From an uncultured Burkholderiales bacterium (lineage in GTDB: Bacteria > Bacteroidota > Bacteroidia > UBA8524): DNA of 64,000 bases. Made by a program: the position numbers and the translations under genes. Where the stretch lies: assembly GCA_964620355.1 (NCBI GenBank), contig CAZUIT010000006.1, forward strand, positions 53,280 through 117,279, written 5' to 3'. Below, one piece after another: positions 47,090 to 57,709 of the stretch. Each line of letters opens with the position of its first letter. Within the stretch, counting starts at the first letter, position 1. A model generated the notes under the pieces. That model was not told where the DNA came from and made no database searches. It saw only the letters and a list, made by a program, of their open reading frames with translations.

Positions 47090-47234
47090 GCTGTTAACCA
47101 TCAACCAATTTTTGCCCCCTGATTGAGTCTTTTCACCAAGTTGAAGGACTAAACTCAACTTCATGAAGTATCGGTTTTATGAATACTTTACAGTATCTCC
47201 CCCTTTTTTCCTATTTTGCTTAAAACAAAACATT

Positions 47235-47663
47235 ATGGGAATATTAAAAGAATTCAAAGCCTTCGCCATGAAAGGCAATGTAGTTGACCTAGCTGTTGCT
47301 TTGATTATTGGGGCAGAATTTGGGAAAATCATTTCCAGCCTAGTAAAGGATGTGATTATGCCGCCAATTGGTCAAATGATGAACGGCATCAACTTTAACA
47401 CCCTCTATTATGCTTTAGATGGGAACACCTACGAGAGTTTAGAGGCTGCCAAAGAAGCAGGAGCACCATTAATGATGTATGGAAGCTTTATCCAAGCTAT
47501 TGTAAACTTTGTGATCGTAGCCTTTGCCGTATTTATGATTATCAAAGCCATGAATACAGCGAAAAGGAAAAAAGAAGAAGCACCAGCGGCACCGGCAGCA
47601 CCCGCTCCAACGCCAGAAGACATCCAATTGCTCCGCGAAATTCGCGACTCATTGAAAAAATAG
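47235..47663 (+). CDS. mscL: Large-conductance mechanosensitive channel
   Basis: [47 protein letters not shown] 47235 preferred over 47163. Confidence 0.96.
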   Translation: MGILKEFKAFAMKGNVVDLAVALIIGAEFGKIISSLVKDVIMPPIGQMMNGINFNTLYYALDGNTYESLEAAKEAGAPLMMYGSFIQAIVNFVIVAFAVFMIIKAMNTAKRKKEEAPAAPAAPAPTPEDIQLLREIRDSLKK

Positions 47664-47670
47664 ATAGAAT

Positions 47671-47706
47671 AAGCCCTGAGTCCTACGGGATTGAGGGCTT
47701 CTTTCT
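47671..47706 (+). terminator. Intrinsic terminator after mscL
   Basis: AAGCCCT-GA-GTCC-TACG-GGAT-TG-AGGGCTT then CTTTCT. Confidence 0.65.
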
Positions 47707-47713
47707 ATATTTG
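47706..47713 (+). promoter_or_regulatory. -7 box for tyrS
   Basis: TATATTTG, 5 nt before the ATG. Confidence 0.65.
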
Positions 47714-47718
47714 CGCCC

Positions 47719-49005
47719 ATGACAACAAATGCACTCATCGAAGAGCTAACGTGGCGCAATTTGCTCCATGATAAAACCCCAGGACTTGAAGAACAGCTAA
47801 ACAAGGAAATGACCACTGGCTATGTGGGCTTTGACCCTACGGCTGATTCCTTGCATATTGGCAACTTAGTTCCGATCATGCTCTTGGTGCATTTGCAAAG
47901 AGCCGGTCATCGTCCGATTGCCCTTGTTGGTGGTGCAACAGGGATGGTGGGTGATCCATCTGGAAAAACTGCGGAACGTCAATTATTATCACTAGACGAC
48001 ATCAACTATAACTTGGAATGTCAGAAAAGACAGCTCCAAAAATTCCTCGATTTCAGCGATAAACCAAACGGAGCCATTCTCGTAAATAATTACGACTGGT
48101 TCAAAGAATTGGGATTTCTTAGCTTCATCCGCGATGTGGGTAAGCATATGTCGGTCAATTATATGATGGCCAAAGACTCGGTAAAAAACCGCCTTGAAAC
48201 GGGCATGTCGTTTACAGAGTTTAGCTACCAGCTTATTCAAGGCTATGATTTTGTGCACCTCTTCCGCGAAAATGGAGTACGCCTTCAAATGGGGGGATCC
48301 GACCAATGGGGCAATATCACCACGGGTACAGAACTCATTCGACGCATGACTGGTGGAGAAGCCTATGCCTTGACGGCACCCCTTGTTAAAAAAGCAGATG
48401 GTACCAAGTTTGGGAAATCCGAAGGTGGAAATATCTGGTTGGATAGAAACAAAACCAGCCCATATAAATTCTACCAATTCTGGCTCAATGTTTCGGATGA
48501 AGATGCCATGAACTGGTTCCCTATCTTCTCCCTAAAAAACAAAGAAGAGATTGAATCCATCATCAAAGCGCACCAAGATGCCCCTCATACACGCGCTGTT
48601 CAACATGCCTTGGCTGAAGAACTGACAACGCGCGTACATGCTGCAGAAGACTTGCAACAAGCCAAGGAAGCTAGTTCGGTATTGTTTGGAAAAAATACGT
48701 CCGAACAACTTAAAACTTTAGACGAGGCCTTGCTTCTAGAAATTTTCGAAGGAGTTCCACAAGCAAATGTAGACCGCTCATTGCTCGAAGCAGGCTGTCC
48801 GATTGCCGAACTCTTTGCCGACTATTCAAACTTCTTCCCTTCAAGAGGTGAAGTGCGCAAGATGATAAAAGGCGGTGGTGTTTCGCTCAACAAAGCAAAA
48901 GTGGACGACACTGAATTGGTGGTAAATACAAGCGACCTCTTACAAGGCAAATATCTATTGGCTCAGAAGGGTAAAAAAGAATACTGCCTCATCCTTGTTA
49001 AATAA
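47719..49005 (+). CDS. tyrS: Tyrosine--tRNA ligase
   Basis: [32 protein letters not shown]-terminal S4 domain. Confidence 0.97.
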   Translation: MTTNALIEELTWRNLLHDKTPGLEEQLNKEMTTGYVGFDPTADSLHIGNLVPIMLLVHLQRAGHRPIALVGGATGMVGDPSGKTAERQLLSLDDINYNLECQKRQLQKFLDFSDKPNGAILVNNYDWFKELGFLSFIRDVGKHMSVNYMMAKDSVKNRLETGMSFTEFSYQLIQGYDFVHLFRENGVRLQMGGSDQWGNITTGTELIRRMTGGEAYALTAPLVKKADGTKFGKSEGGNIWLDRNKTSPYKFYQFWLNVSDEDAMNWFPIFSLKNKEEIESIIKAHQDAPHTRAVQHALAEELTTRVHAAEDLQQAKEASSVLFGKNTSEQLKTLDEALLLEIFEGVPQANVDRSLLEAGCPIAELFADYSNFFPSRGEVRKMIKGGGVSLNKAKVDDTELVVNTSDLLQGKYLLAQKGKKEYCLILVK

Positions 49006-49066
49006 GCGGGATGCTTAAGAAGGCGTCTATCTTTGTCGTGTTATGAAATAAATTTTTGAGCAGCCT

Positions 49067-50320
49067 ATGAAACGCATACTTGCTGAAGTGATAACCATTG
49101 GTGATGAATTGTTAATCGGTCAGGTGGTAGACACCAATTCAGCCTGGTTGGGACAAAATCTCAATCCTGCTGGGGTAGAGATCAAACAAATCACCTCGGT
49201 TTCTGATGAGGCAGGACATATCGTAGAAGCCATTGAAGCCGCACGGAAAAGAGCAAATATTTTAATTTTAACAGGTGGTTTAGGCCCAACACGCGACGAC
49301 ATCACCAAGACGACTTTGGCCACTTATTTTGGAGTGGGTTTAAAGATGGATAAAAAGGCCCTTGCTTTGGTGAGAGCTATCTTCGAAAAGAGAAATGCAC
49401 CGATGCTCGACATCAATGAGCTTCAAGCCATGATTCCGGAAAACTGCACCCCAATCTATAATGATAGAGGCACCGCGCCAGGCATGTGGTTTGAAGATAA
49501 AGGGCAGATTATCGTTTCATTGCCAGGGGTGCCCTATGAAATGAAGCATATGATGACCAATTTTGTGATTCCTCGATTGAAGGAATATTTCGAGATGCCC
49601 GTTATTCGTCATAAAACCTTGCTTACTTCCGGCATTGGCGAGTCTTTCCTCAGTAAAAAAATTGAATCCATTGAACTTGGATTACCTGAACATATTAAGC
49701 TGGCTTATTTACCAAGCTTCAATACGGTGCGCTTGCGTTTCTCAGCGCGAGGAGGTAATGCCGAACAGCTTGACAAGGAGCTAGACCTCATTGCCAAAGA
49801 GGTAAAAGAAGCCATCGGCGTATTCTTAGCAGCTGAGACTGATCATAACCTCCAAGAAATTTTGGGAGAACTACTCTCATCTCAAGGTGCCACACTTTCC
49901 ACTGCTGAGAGCTGTACCGGAGGTTATATTGCCCATTTAATTACTAGCGTAGCAGGAAGCAGCCGCTATTATAAAGGTTCCATAATTTCGTATGATAACG
50001 AAATAAAAAAATCAGAACTAGGTGTTTCAGCGAGCAATCTTGAACAATTTGGTGCGGTAAGCGAAGAGGTGGTCAAACAGATGGCTGAGGGAGTTAAAAA
50101 GAAATTGAGTACCACTTACGCCATTGCTACATCTGGAATTGCGGGTCCGGATGGTGGCTCTGAAGAAAAACCTGTGGGCACGGTTTGGGTTGCTATTAGC
50201 GGTCCGACTGGCACATTAGCCAAATTATATCAACTCCATGGAGGCCGCGAACAAATCATTCAACGTGCAGCAATTGCCGGAATGGATATGCTCCGCAAGT
50301 ACTTCCCAGCTTCGAAATAG
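49067..50320 (+). CDS. cinA: CinA family protein (molybdopterin-binding-like domain + NMN deamidase PncC)
   Basis: ITIGDELLIGQVVDTNS, TGGLGPTRDD, STAESCTGG, TSGIAGPDGG. Promoter box TATCTTTG at 49028-35. Confidence 0.93.
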   Translation: MKRILAEVITIGDELLIGQVVDTNSAWLGQNLNPAGVEIKQITSVSDEAGHIVEAIEAARKRANILILTGGLGPTRDDITKTTLATYFGVGLKMDKKALALVRAIFEKRNAPMLDINELQAMIPENCTPIYNDRGTAPGMWFEDKGQIIVSLPGVPYEMKHMMTNFVIPRLKEYFEMPVIRHKTLLTSGIGESFLSKKIESIELGLPEHIKLAYLPSFNTVRLRFSARGGNAEQLDKELDLIAKEVKEAIGVFLAAETDHNLQEILGELLSSQGATLSTAESCTGGYIAHLITSVAGSSRYYKGSIISYDNEIKKSELGVSASNLEQFGAVSEEVVKQMAEGVKKKLSTTYAIATSGIAGPDGGSEEKPVGTVWVAISGPTGTLAKLYQLHGGREQIIQRAAIAGMDMLRKYFPASK

Positions 50321-50390
50321 ACCCAATTCTATTTTGAACAACCCCAATAAAAGTGCATTTTTGCAGCCCAGTTCAATTTAAAATAGCAGA

Positions 50391-51710
50391 ATGGCCGAGT
50401 TTCAATTGATCATGCCCAAAATGGGCGAAAGTATTGCCGAAGCAACCGTTATACGTTGGCTTAAAGAAGAAGGCGAAAGCATCGAAGCAGATGAGTCTGT
50501 CCTCGAAATAGCTACCGACAAAGTTGACTCTGAAGTTCCTTCTCCAAAAGGAGGCATCCTGAAGAAAAAACTATACGGTGAAAACGACGTAGTTAAAGTT
50601 GGCGAACCTGTTGCCATCATCGAATTGGAAGGCAGCGAATCTGCTCCAGCACCTAGTGCTCCAGCTCCATCAGAAAATTCAGCACCTGCCGTAGTAGCAG
50701 AAAAAATGGTTAGCACGGCCCAAGAAACTGCTGCTCCAGCCTCTGGAGACATGAGTGGTGGAAGCCGTTTCTATTCTCCATTGGTTATGAATATTGCGCG
50801 TACTGAAGGCATCTCCATGTCGGAACTCGAGCAAATTCCTGGAAGCGGAAATGAAGGACGCGTTACAAAAAAAGATATCCTTGCCTTTGTTACTGACCGC
50901 AAGAATGGTAAAGTAAGTGCCCCTGCAGTGCCTAGCGCACCAGCACCTGCAGCGCCTGCTGCGAAAGAAGGTCCAAAAGCACCTGCGGTTTCTTTGAACG
51001 CTGGCGACGAAATCATTGAAATGGATCGCATGCGTAAGCTTATTGCCGACCATATGGTGATGTCGAAACATGTATCTCCACATGTAACTTCTTTTGTAGA
51101 GGCAGACGTAACCAATATGGTGATGTGGAGAGATAAAGTAAAAGGAGACTTCTTAAAACGTGAAGGCGAGAAAATTACCTTTACTCCTATATTTATTGAA
51201 GCCGTTACCAAGGCCATCAAAGATTTCCCAATGATCAATATTTCTGTTGATGACGGTAAAATCATCAAAAGAAAAAATATCAATGTAGGGATGGCCACTG
51301 CCCTGCCTTCTGGAAACTTGATTGTACCAGTAATTAAAAACGCAGACCGTAAAAACCTCGTTGGATTAACCAAGGAAGTGAACGAGCTGGCGAATAAAGC
51401 AAGAAATAACAAATTGAGTCCGGATGATATCCAAGGCGGAACCTATACCCTAACAAACGTTGGTGGATTTGGAAACGTAATGGGAACACCAATCATCAAC
51501 CAACCTCAAGTGGCTATCATGGCCGTAGGAGCGATTAAAAAGAAACCTGCAGTTATTGAAACACCAACTGGAGATGTGATTGCCATCCGTCATTTTATGT
51601 ACCTCTCTCATTCCTATGATCACCGCGTAGTAGACGGCGCATTAGGAGGCATGTTCGTTCGTCGCGTTGCTGATTATCTCGAGCAATGGGATATGGACAG
51701 AGAAATTTAA
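50391..51710 (+). CDS. 2-oxo-acid dehydrogenase E2, probably of the branched-chain complex
   Basis: Single lipoyl domain MPKMGES...IATDKVDSE, E3-binding RFYSPLV, SHSYDHRVVDG. Confidence 0.9.
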   Translation: MAEFQLIMPKMGESIAEATVIRWLKEEGESIEADESVLEIATDKVDSEVPSPKGGILKKKLYGENDVVKVGEPVAIIELEGSESAPAPSAPAPSENSAPAVVAEKMVSTAQETAAPASGDMSGGSRFYSPLVMNIARTEGISMSELEQIPGSGNEGRVTKKDILAFVTDRKNGKVSAPAVPSAPAPAAPAAKEGPKAPAVSLNAGDEIIEMDRMRKLIADHMVMSKHVSPHVTSFVEADVTNMVMWRDKVKGDFLKREGEKITFTPIFIEAVTKAIKDFPMINISVDDGKIIKRKNINVGMATALPSGNLIVPVIKNADRKNLVGLTKEVNELANKARNNKLSPDDIQGGTYTLTNVGGFGNVMGTPIINQPQVAIMAVGAIKKKPAVIETPTGDVIAIRHFMYLSHSYDHRVVDGALGGMFVRRVADYLEQWDMDREI

Positions 51711-51725
51711 CTAAAAGCACACTCG

Positions 51726-51755
51726 AAAAAGGCCGGCAATTTGTCGGCCTTTTTT
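51726..51755. terminator. Intrinsic terminator
   Basis: AAAAAGGCCGGCAA-T-TTGTCGGCCTTTTTT. Confidence 0.85.
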
Positions 51756-51795
51756 CGTTTAACGCACTATCTTTGGGTAAAACACTTCCTGACTA

Positions 51796-52833
51796 ATGAA
51801 CTCTAGACAAGTACTTGCTCCTCTATTTTTGCTACTCATCAGCATCTCGCAAAATTCTCTTGCTCAATTTTATTCCTACTACTATGACTATAGTTTCAAC
51901 CGAACGCTAGTTAGTCATGTGAACCAGGATAAAGCTAAGGTTTTAGAAGAGAATATTTCCAGCCGCACGGTTCAAGTGAATAGCTACAAAAAAAATGGGA
52001 GCCTAGATAAGTCCCTTATATCTCAGCGCTATTTTTACAATGATTCTGGTCAGATTATACGCGAAGAATACTATTCAAACAAAGGCAAACTCCGTGTTGC
52101 CAATACCTATACCATTAATGGCAATGGTCGTGTAGTAAAAAAAGAAACCTTTCATCGCAAAAAGACCGAGCCCAGATTCACGTGGGAAATCGCCTACCAT
52201 AATGATAGTTTGATATCCGAACTCCATGCATACGATAAAGACCACAAACCAACTTGGGCATATCGCTTTTTTTATAATGAGAATAATCAATTTACTGAAC
52301 AAAGGGCCTATAAGAAAGGGAAGTTGAGTAGCCGCATCGAATATGAATATTATGCCGACTTCAGTAAAAAAGAGGTGAGGTATTATAAAGACAGCTTAGA
52401 GCTAGAGAAAACCTTCCGTTATGATTGCGGAATCGGGAACTCACTTTTAACAGAAAAACAAAAGGACACTGTCACACGATGTTCTCACAGAGAAGAATTG
52501 GCAGATGGAACAATACGCACGATTGAAGAAACTAGAGATCCAAAAGGACGAATAATCCGTTCGGTAAACGACTACAATAAGGAACAGAAATGGTCAGAGT
52601 ATCGATCATATGATGCAAAAAACCGCTTAGTCTTTACTTCTCGCCGAGAGGTAATTTCGGAAGGGAAAGTTAAGGTGAACACCAAGTTTTATCATCGAGG
52701 GAGGTTAAATCAGGAAAATGTGAGTCTTGAATCAACTGATAGTTTTAAATTTTATCAGCGCTCCGTTTATGAAAAAGAGCAATTAAAATCTGAGTACTAT
52801 TCGAGTTATACCTGTTTCCCAAAAAATAACTAA
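51796..52833 (+). CDS. Exported hypothetical protein with Tyr-rich beta-hairpin repeats
   Basis: Signal peptide; recurring units such as YFYNDSGQIIREEYYSNKGKL and FFYNENNQFTEQRAYKKGKL. TATCTTTG box at 51768-75. Confidence 0.7.
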   Translation: MNSRQVLAPLFLLLISISQNSLAQFYSYYYDYSFNRTLVSHVNQDKAKVLEENISSRTVQVNSYKKNGSLDKSLISQRYFYNDSGQIIREEYYSNKGKLRVANTYTINGNGRVVKKETFHRKKTEPRFTWEIAYHNDSLISELHAYDKDHKPTWAYRFFYNENNQFTEQRAYKKGKLSSRIEYEYYADFSKKEVRYYKDSLELEKTFRYDCGIGNSLLTEKQKDTVTRCSHREELADGTIRTIEETRDPKGRIIRSVNDYNKEQKWSEYRSYDAKNRLVFTSRREVISEGKVKVNTKFYHRGRLNQENVSLESTDSFKFYQRSVYEKEQLKSEYYSSYTCFPKNN

Positions 52834-52929
52834 TCCAATTCCAACCATTATTTTTTTTTAACGTTGTATACAACGAAACCCGACCGAAAGGTGTCAGGTA
52901 TATATAGTTTAAACACTAATCGTCTTAGC

Positions 52930-53499
52930 ATGCGCGACGAAACTTCTTTGATTCAGGCCTGCATCAAGCAGAATCGGGCAGCTCAACAGAAATTGTATGA
53001 GCTCCATGCTCCTAAAATGTTAGGGGTTTGCTTCCGTTATGCCTCATCAAGAGAAGAAGCTGAAGACATGCTTCAAGAAGGATTTATCCGCGTTTTTCAA
53101 AAATTAGACACGTTCCGATTTCAAGGTTCCTTCGAAGGATGGCTAAGACGAATCATCGTCAATACCGCCATTAACATCATCCGCAAATACCAGAATTTAA
53201 AATACGAGTGTGATATTGACTCTGCACAGTATACCCCCGCAGCATCCGGCGATGTTATTGCGTCCATGTATACCAAAGAGGTGATAGATATGGTGCGTGA
53301 CCTACCAAATGGGTACCGAACCGTCTTAAACCTTTATGCAATCGAGGGCTATTCGCATAAAGAGATTGCAGATATGTTAGGCATTAATGAAAGCAGTTCA
53401 AGATCTCAGTACACTCGCGCCAAAGCCCTGTTGGCCAAACGTTTGGAAAAGATCGAGTCGTTTGGTATAACAGAGCATGTCAAAGTTTCGCATCCATAA
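52930..53499 (+). CDS. ECF RNA polymerase sigma factor
   Basis: AEDMLQEGFIRVF, GSFEGWLRRIIVNTAI, LPNGYRTVLNLYAIEGYSHKEIA...SRSQYTRAK. ATG 52930 preferred over TTG 52864. Confidence 0.93.
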   Translation: MRDETSLIQACIKQNRAAQQKLYELHAPKMLGVCFRYASSREEAEDMLQEGFIRVFQKLDTFRFQGSFEGWLRRIIVNTAINIIRKYQNLKYECDIDSAQYTPAASGDVIASMYTKEVIDMVRDLPNGYRTVLNLYAIEGYSHKEIADMLGINESSSRSQYTRAKALLAKRLEKIESFGITEHVKVSHP

Positions 53500-54736
53500 T
53501 TCATTTGAAGAGGAATTAGCTAAAAAAGCCGATGAATTCACCCTTCAGCCCCGCGTAGCGACATGGAGAGGTGTGGACCGAGGGGTGCAAAAGGCGCAAT
53601 CAATTAAGCAAGCAATCCGCTTGGCGATTGTAAGCACTTGTGCCATCGTGACTATTGCCCTCGTCTATTTCCAGAACAATCAAGAAAAAACCCTTCTTGC
53701 TGAAACTCCACTCATCAAACAATCCACACAGCAAAAATCTGCGGATATTAATACGACACTTCCTCCAAATACTCCCTCTCTACCAGCACTGTCAAGTGAA
53801 GAAAAGAATACACAGGCTTTCTCTAATTTGCGCTCGCTTCCTAGCTTTGAACAGACCAATGAGAACCCCGACAATCTCGTCGCGCTGAATGAGGAATTAA
53901 CACAACAAAAAACGCAACTTTCCTTGCGCACAGTGACACCAAAAAATATTCAACTATCCATAGCTGGTCGGGAGATTGATCATACTCAACTCAAAAGAAG
54001 AAAGCGCCCAATTTCCTTCCGTCATAAAGATGGTTGGTATCTCCAGGCGAGCTTTACCCCTTCGCTAGCCTATAGAAACTTGTCTGCACGGACCGCCTAT
54101 GCCGAAACATTTGCCGGGCAAAAAAACAGCTATGATCAATCCGTAAAAACCTATTCAGCTAAAATTGGTTTGCGCTATTTTTTCTCCGATCGTTTTTCAC
54201 TCGCATTTGGTATAGGCTATAGCCAGCAAGGAGAAATCATTGGAATGTCTGCTAGAAAACAAAGTGATCTATACAAAGCGTTGGCTGAAGAGTATAACTA
54301 TAGGCTTGAAGAAATGCATTCAGTTGGCAACCAACTCAGCTACCAGAATCAATACCATTATCTACAACTTCCTGTTACCCTATTTGCGAAACGCAGCCTC
54401 AGTAAACGCCTGAGTCTACATACTGGGGTTGGCCTTTCCATTGGCTACCTTGTTAAGGAGTCAAGTCGCACCTATGATTTCCGCGTCGATCATTATACGC
54501 ATAATACCAATTTCTTGCGTACTTGGACAGTAGGAGCACATGTTCAATCTAGCCTAGCTTATGATATCAATACCCGATGGATGCTTTCTGCCGGTCCGGA
54601 ATTGAATTATGCCCTGCTCTCCACCTATCAGAATTATTATACCCTGAACCAGCATCAATATTCTCTTGGCTTGAATCTCGGCGTTCAATGGAAATTGTTT
54701 GACGGGACCAAATCACGTGGATTCGGGTTAAATTAA
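53477..54736 (+). CDS. Putative anti-sigma factor with TM helix, linker and C-terminal outer-membrane beta-barrel
   Basis: Overlaps the sigma stop by 23 nt; TM LAIVSTCAIVTIALVYF; polar linker ~66-180; barrel strands WYLQASFTP...YSLGLNLGVQWKLF. Confidence 0.72.
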   Translation: MSKFRIHNSFEEELAKKADEFTLQPRVATWRGVDRGVQKAQSIKQAIRLAIVSTCAIVTIALVYFQNNQEKTLLAETPLIKQSTQQKSADINTTLPPNTPSLPALSSEEKNTQAFSNLRSLPSFEQTNENPDNLVALNEELTQQKTQLSLRTVTPKNIQLSIAGREIDHTQLKRRKRPISFRHKDGWYLQASFTPSLAYRNLSARTAYAETFAGQKNSYDQSVKTYSAKIGLRYFFSDRFSLAFGIGYSQQGEIIGMSARKQSDLYKALAEEYNYRLEEMHSVGNQLSYQNQYHYLQLPVTLFAKRSLSKRLSLHTGVGLSIGYLVKESSRTYDFRVDHYTHNTNFLRTWTVGAHVQSSLAYDINTRWMLSAGPELNYALLSTYQNYYTLNQHQYSLGLNLGVQWKLFDGTKSRGFGLN

Positions 54737-54783
54737 TTTCTTCCATACTTATTCACAAGGCCTAGCCTCTGGCAAATAATCTC

Positions 54784-54791
54784 TAACTTTG
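54784..54791 (+). promoter_or_regulatory. -7 box for pyrG
   Basis: TAACTTTG. Confidence 0.6.
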
Positions 54792-54815
54792 CGTCCCGTA
54801 TACGAATAGCGACAC

Positions 54816-56435
54816 ATGTCAAAAACAAAGTACATTTTCGTAACGGGAGGGGTTACTTCTTCCTTAGGAAAAGGGATTATTTCAGCATCATTGGCCAAAC
54901 TTCTTCAGGCCAGAGGATATCGAGTTACCATTCAAAAATTCGATCCATACATCAATATCGATCCAGGCACAATGAACCCTTACGAGCATGGTGAATGCTA
55001 TGTAACGGATGATGGTGCCGAAACAGATTTGGACCTTGGTCATTACGAACGTTTCTTGGGGGTAACCACCTCGCAAGCCAATAACGTAACAACTGGTCGC
55101 ATATATCAAACCGTTATCGACAAAGAACGTGACGGTCAATTTCTAGGAAAAACCGTTCAGGTAGTTCCTCATATAACCGATGAAATTAAACGTCGTATTT
55201 GCCTACTTGGTGATACTGGAGACTATGATATCGTTATCACTGAGCTAGGGGGCACCGTGGGGGATATTGAGTCCCTACCTTTTATTGAATCGGTACGTCA
55301 AATTATTTGGGAAAAAGAAGACCACGAATGTGCTGTAATCCACCTTACTCTGGTGCCTTACCTAGCTGCTGCTAAAGAACTTAAAACAAAACCAACCCAA
55401 CACTCGGTAAAAGCCATGTTGGAATATGGGGTACAACCAGACGTTCTAGTTTGCCGCACAGAGCATCCATTGGGAATCGACCTAAGGAAAAAAATTGCTC
55501 TATTCTGCAACGTAAAGGCCAATGCTGTAATTGAATCCATCGACGTGGAAACCATTTACGATGTGCCTTTAAAGATGCAGAAAGAGAAACTCGACAAAGT
55601 GATTCTTTCCCATCTGAAACTTCCTAACAAGGTAGAGCCCGATCTAGATAGCTGGAAAGAGTTTTTGTGGAGACTTAAAAATCCAAAGCAAGACGTACAA
55701 ATTGCCATTGTTGGAAAATATGTTGAATTACCTGACGCATATAAATCTATTGCCGAAGCATTTATTCATTCCGGCTCGGAGAATGAAACAAAGGTGCGGG
55801 TGGAATATATTCATTCTGAATTGATCAACGAGGAGAATGTTAAATCCAAATTGAGCAAATACGATGGAGTCCTTGTTGCCCCAGGTTTTGGAGAAAGAGG
55901 GATTGAAGGGAAAATTGTGACCATCAAATATGTTCGAGAAAATAATATTCCATTCTTGGGCATCTGTTTAGGTATGCAATGCGCCGTAGTTGAGTTCGCA
56001 CGCAATGTCGTGGGACTACCGGATGCTTCTTCCAGCGAAATGAATCCAGAGACCGCAAATCCAGTAATTGATATGATGGCGGAACAAAAAGCCATTGTCA
56101 AAAAAGGAGGAACCATGCGTTTAGGATCTTACCCTTGTCAAGTATCAAAGGGGAGTAAGGCCTACCAAGCCTATGGAAAAAGTAAAATTCAAGAACGCCA
56201 CCGTCACCGCTACGAGTTTAATAATAAATACTTAGAAACCTACGAAAAAGCAGGCATGCAGTGCACTGGCATCAATCCGGAGTCTCACTTGGTTGAAATT
56301 GTCGAAATTGCAGATCACCCTTGGTTTGTAGGTGTGCAGTTTCATCCGGAATACCGAAGTACGGTAGATAATCCACATCCTTTATTCGTGCGTTTTGTAA
56401 AAGCAGCCGGCGAGTACGCCCAGAAGAAGGATTAG
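54816..56435 (+). CDS. pyrG: CTP synthase
   Basis: [37 protein letters not shown]. Confidence 0.98.
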   Translation: MSKTKYIFVTGGVTSSLGKGIISASLAKLLQARGYRVTIQKFDPYINIDPGTMNPYEHGECYVTDDGAETDLDLGHYERFLGVTTSQANNVTTGRIYQTVIDKERDGQFLGKTVQVVPHITDEIKRRICLLGDTGDYDIVITELGGTVGDIESLPFIESVRQIIWEKEDHECAVIHLTLVPYLAAAKELKTKPTQHSVKAMLEYGVQPDVLVCRTEHPLGIDLRKKIALFCNVKANAVIESIDVETIYDVPLKMQKEKLDKVILSHLKLPNKVEPDLDSWKEFLWRLKNPKQDVQIAIVGKYVELPDAYKSIAEAFIHSGSENETKVRVEYIHSELINEENVKSKLSKYDGVLVAPGFGERGIEGKIVTIKYVRENNIPFLGICLGMQCAVVEFARNVVGLPDASSSEMNPETANPVIDMMAEQKAIVKKGGTMRLGSYPCQVSKGSKAYQAYGKSKIQERHRHRYEFNNKYLETYEKAGMQCTGINPESHLVEIVEIADHPWFVGVQFHPEYRSTVDNPHPLFVRFVKAAGEYAQKKD

Positions 56436-57709
56436 TCTTTTAGACTTTGCATTTCGTTCACCCTGTTCGCATCCAGCTTGAGCAGGGTGAATAAAAGTAC
56501 CGTAAACCCAAGCAAGGAAGAGCCTCCATAGCTAAAAAATGGCAGCGGTATCCCAATAACGGGCATCAAACCGATGGTCATTCCTATATTGATGGTAAAG
56601 TGGACAAAGAGTATGCAAGCGACACTATAGGCATAGATGCGGCTGAACTTATTCTTCTGTCGCTCTGCTAAACGCACCAGACGCATCATCAATACCACAA
56701 ACATGGTAACCACCCCTGCTGCCCCAACAAAGCCATATTCTTCGCCAATCGTACAATAGATGAAATCCGTCGATTGCTCTGGCACATAATCATAGCGTGT
56801 TTGTGTACCGTTTAAGAAACCCTGCCCGAATAAGCCCCCAGAGCCAATCGCAATTTTCGACTGCCGAACATTATAATCATCGCCTCCCTTACCAAAGAGT
56901 ACATTAATACGTGCCCTTTGATGTTCCTGCAAAACCTCATTGAACACAAAATCTACCGACTTAATAGCCCCAACTGACACGATGGTAACAGCCAAAGCCA
57001 CAAAGAGCATGTTTCGATTCTTACGCAAGGCAATTGCTACCAGTGCGCCGATTCCTAATAGGCCATAAATAAGCATATCTGGGTCTTCCAGCACCAAGGT
57101 TAAAATGAATAACAACGCCAAATAAAAAGCCATGACTATGATCCATGAGGGCAGGCCTTCGCGATAAAGTACCAGGAAAAAGGCTAAAAATACCAAGGCG
57201 CTTCCTGTATCATTTTGCAAGAGCACAAGGATTAAAGGAAAAATAATGATGCCAAAGGCTATCAACTTTACCTTCAGCTCTTTGAATGATATTCCATATG
57301 TGCTCAGGTATTTGGCAAGGCTCAGAGCCGTTGCATATTTTGCTAATTCTACAGGCTGAAACTTGAATCCACCAATGGCAAACCAAGATTTAGCTCCTTT
57401 TGTTTCTGCACCGATAAATATCACTGCGATACATAAAAAAATAGCCAAACCATACAGTCCATACCCAATGGCTGGATAAAACTTCGCATCAATTATCAAT
57501 ATGAGTGCCGCAACAATAATGCTCAAGGATATAAAGGCCATTTGCCTTCCATAGCTTTGGCCCATATTAAAAATACCTGGTTCATCTGGGTTATAAACAG
57601 CTGAATAGATTGCAATCCATCCAAATAATACCATTCCAACATAAAGAAAGATAGTACCCCAGTCTAGGCCGCCGGTTTCAAATGCTTCGTTAGTGCGATA
57701 CTTGTTCAT
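56432..57709 (-). CDS. rodA: Rod shape-determining SEDS protein RodA
   Basis: [46 protein letters not shown]; last gene of the mre operon. Confidence 0.95.
   Translation of the reverse strand: MNKYRTNEAFETGGLDWGTIFLYVGMVLFGWIAIYSAVYNPDEPGIFNMGQSYGRQMAFISLSIIVAALILIIDAKFYPAIGYGLYGLAIFLCIAVIFIGAETKGAKSWFAIGGFKFQPVELAKYATALSLAKYLSTYGISFKELKVKLIAFGIIIFPLILVLLQNDTGSALVFLAFFLVLYREGLPSWIIVMAFYLALLFILTLVLEDPDMLIYGLLGIGALVAIALRKNRNMLFVALAVTIVSVGAIKSVDFVFNEVLQEHQRARINVLFGKGGDDYNVRQSKIAIGSGGLFGQGFLNGTQTRYDYVPEQSTDFIYCTIGEEYGFVGAAGVVTMFVVLMMRLVRLAERQKNKFSRIYAYSVACILFVHFTINIGMTIGLMPVIGIPLPFFSYGGSSLLGFTVLLFTLLKLDANRVNEMQSLKD

Noticed and set aside
46625-47164. 179-aa minus-strand ORF
   Set aside because: Antisense to the Kazal-CTD gene, which has the recognisable motifs.
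47158-47169. Perfect 12-bp palindrome ACTTCATGAAGT and weak hairpins upstream of mscL
   Set aside because: Single occurrence with no adjacent regulator; could be chance or part of a terminator region.
50630-50990. Ala/Pro-rich repeats (APAP) in the E2 genes and the mscL tail
   Set aside because: Ordinary flexible linkers of these families.
50771-51412. 213-aa antisense ORF, plus similar ones at 485..988, 24688..25098, 46121..46579 and 47992..48477
   Set aside because: They lie fully opposite well-supported genes, have no motifs and show shadow-frame composition.
52851-52859. T9 tract (also 7499-7507) as a phase-variation site
   Set aside because: Both are intergenic or terminator-associated, and short homopolymers are expected at this AT content. 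The first could only matter if the candidate ECF promoter spanning it is real.
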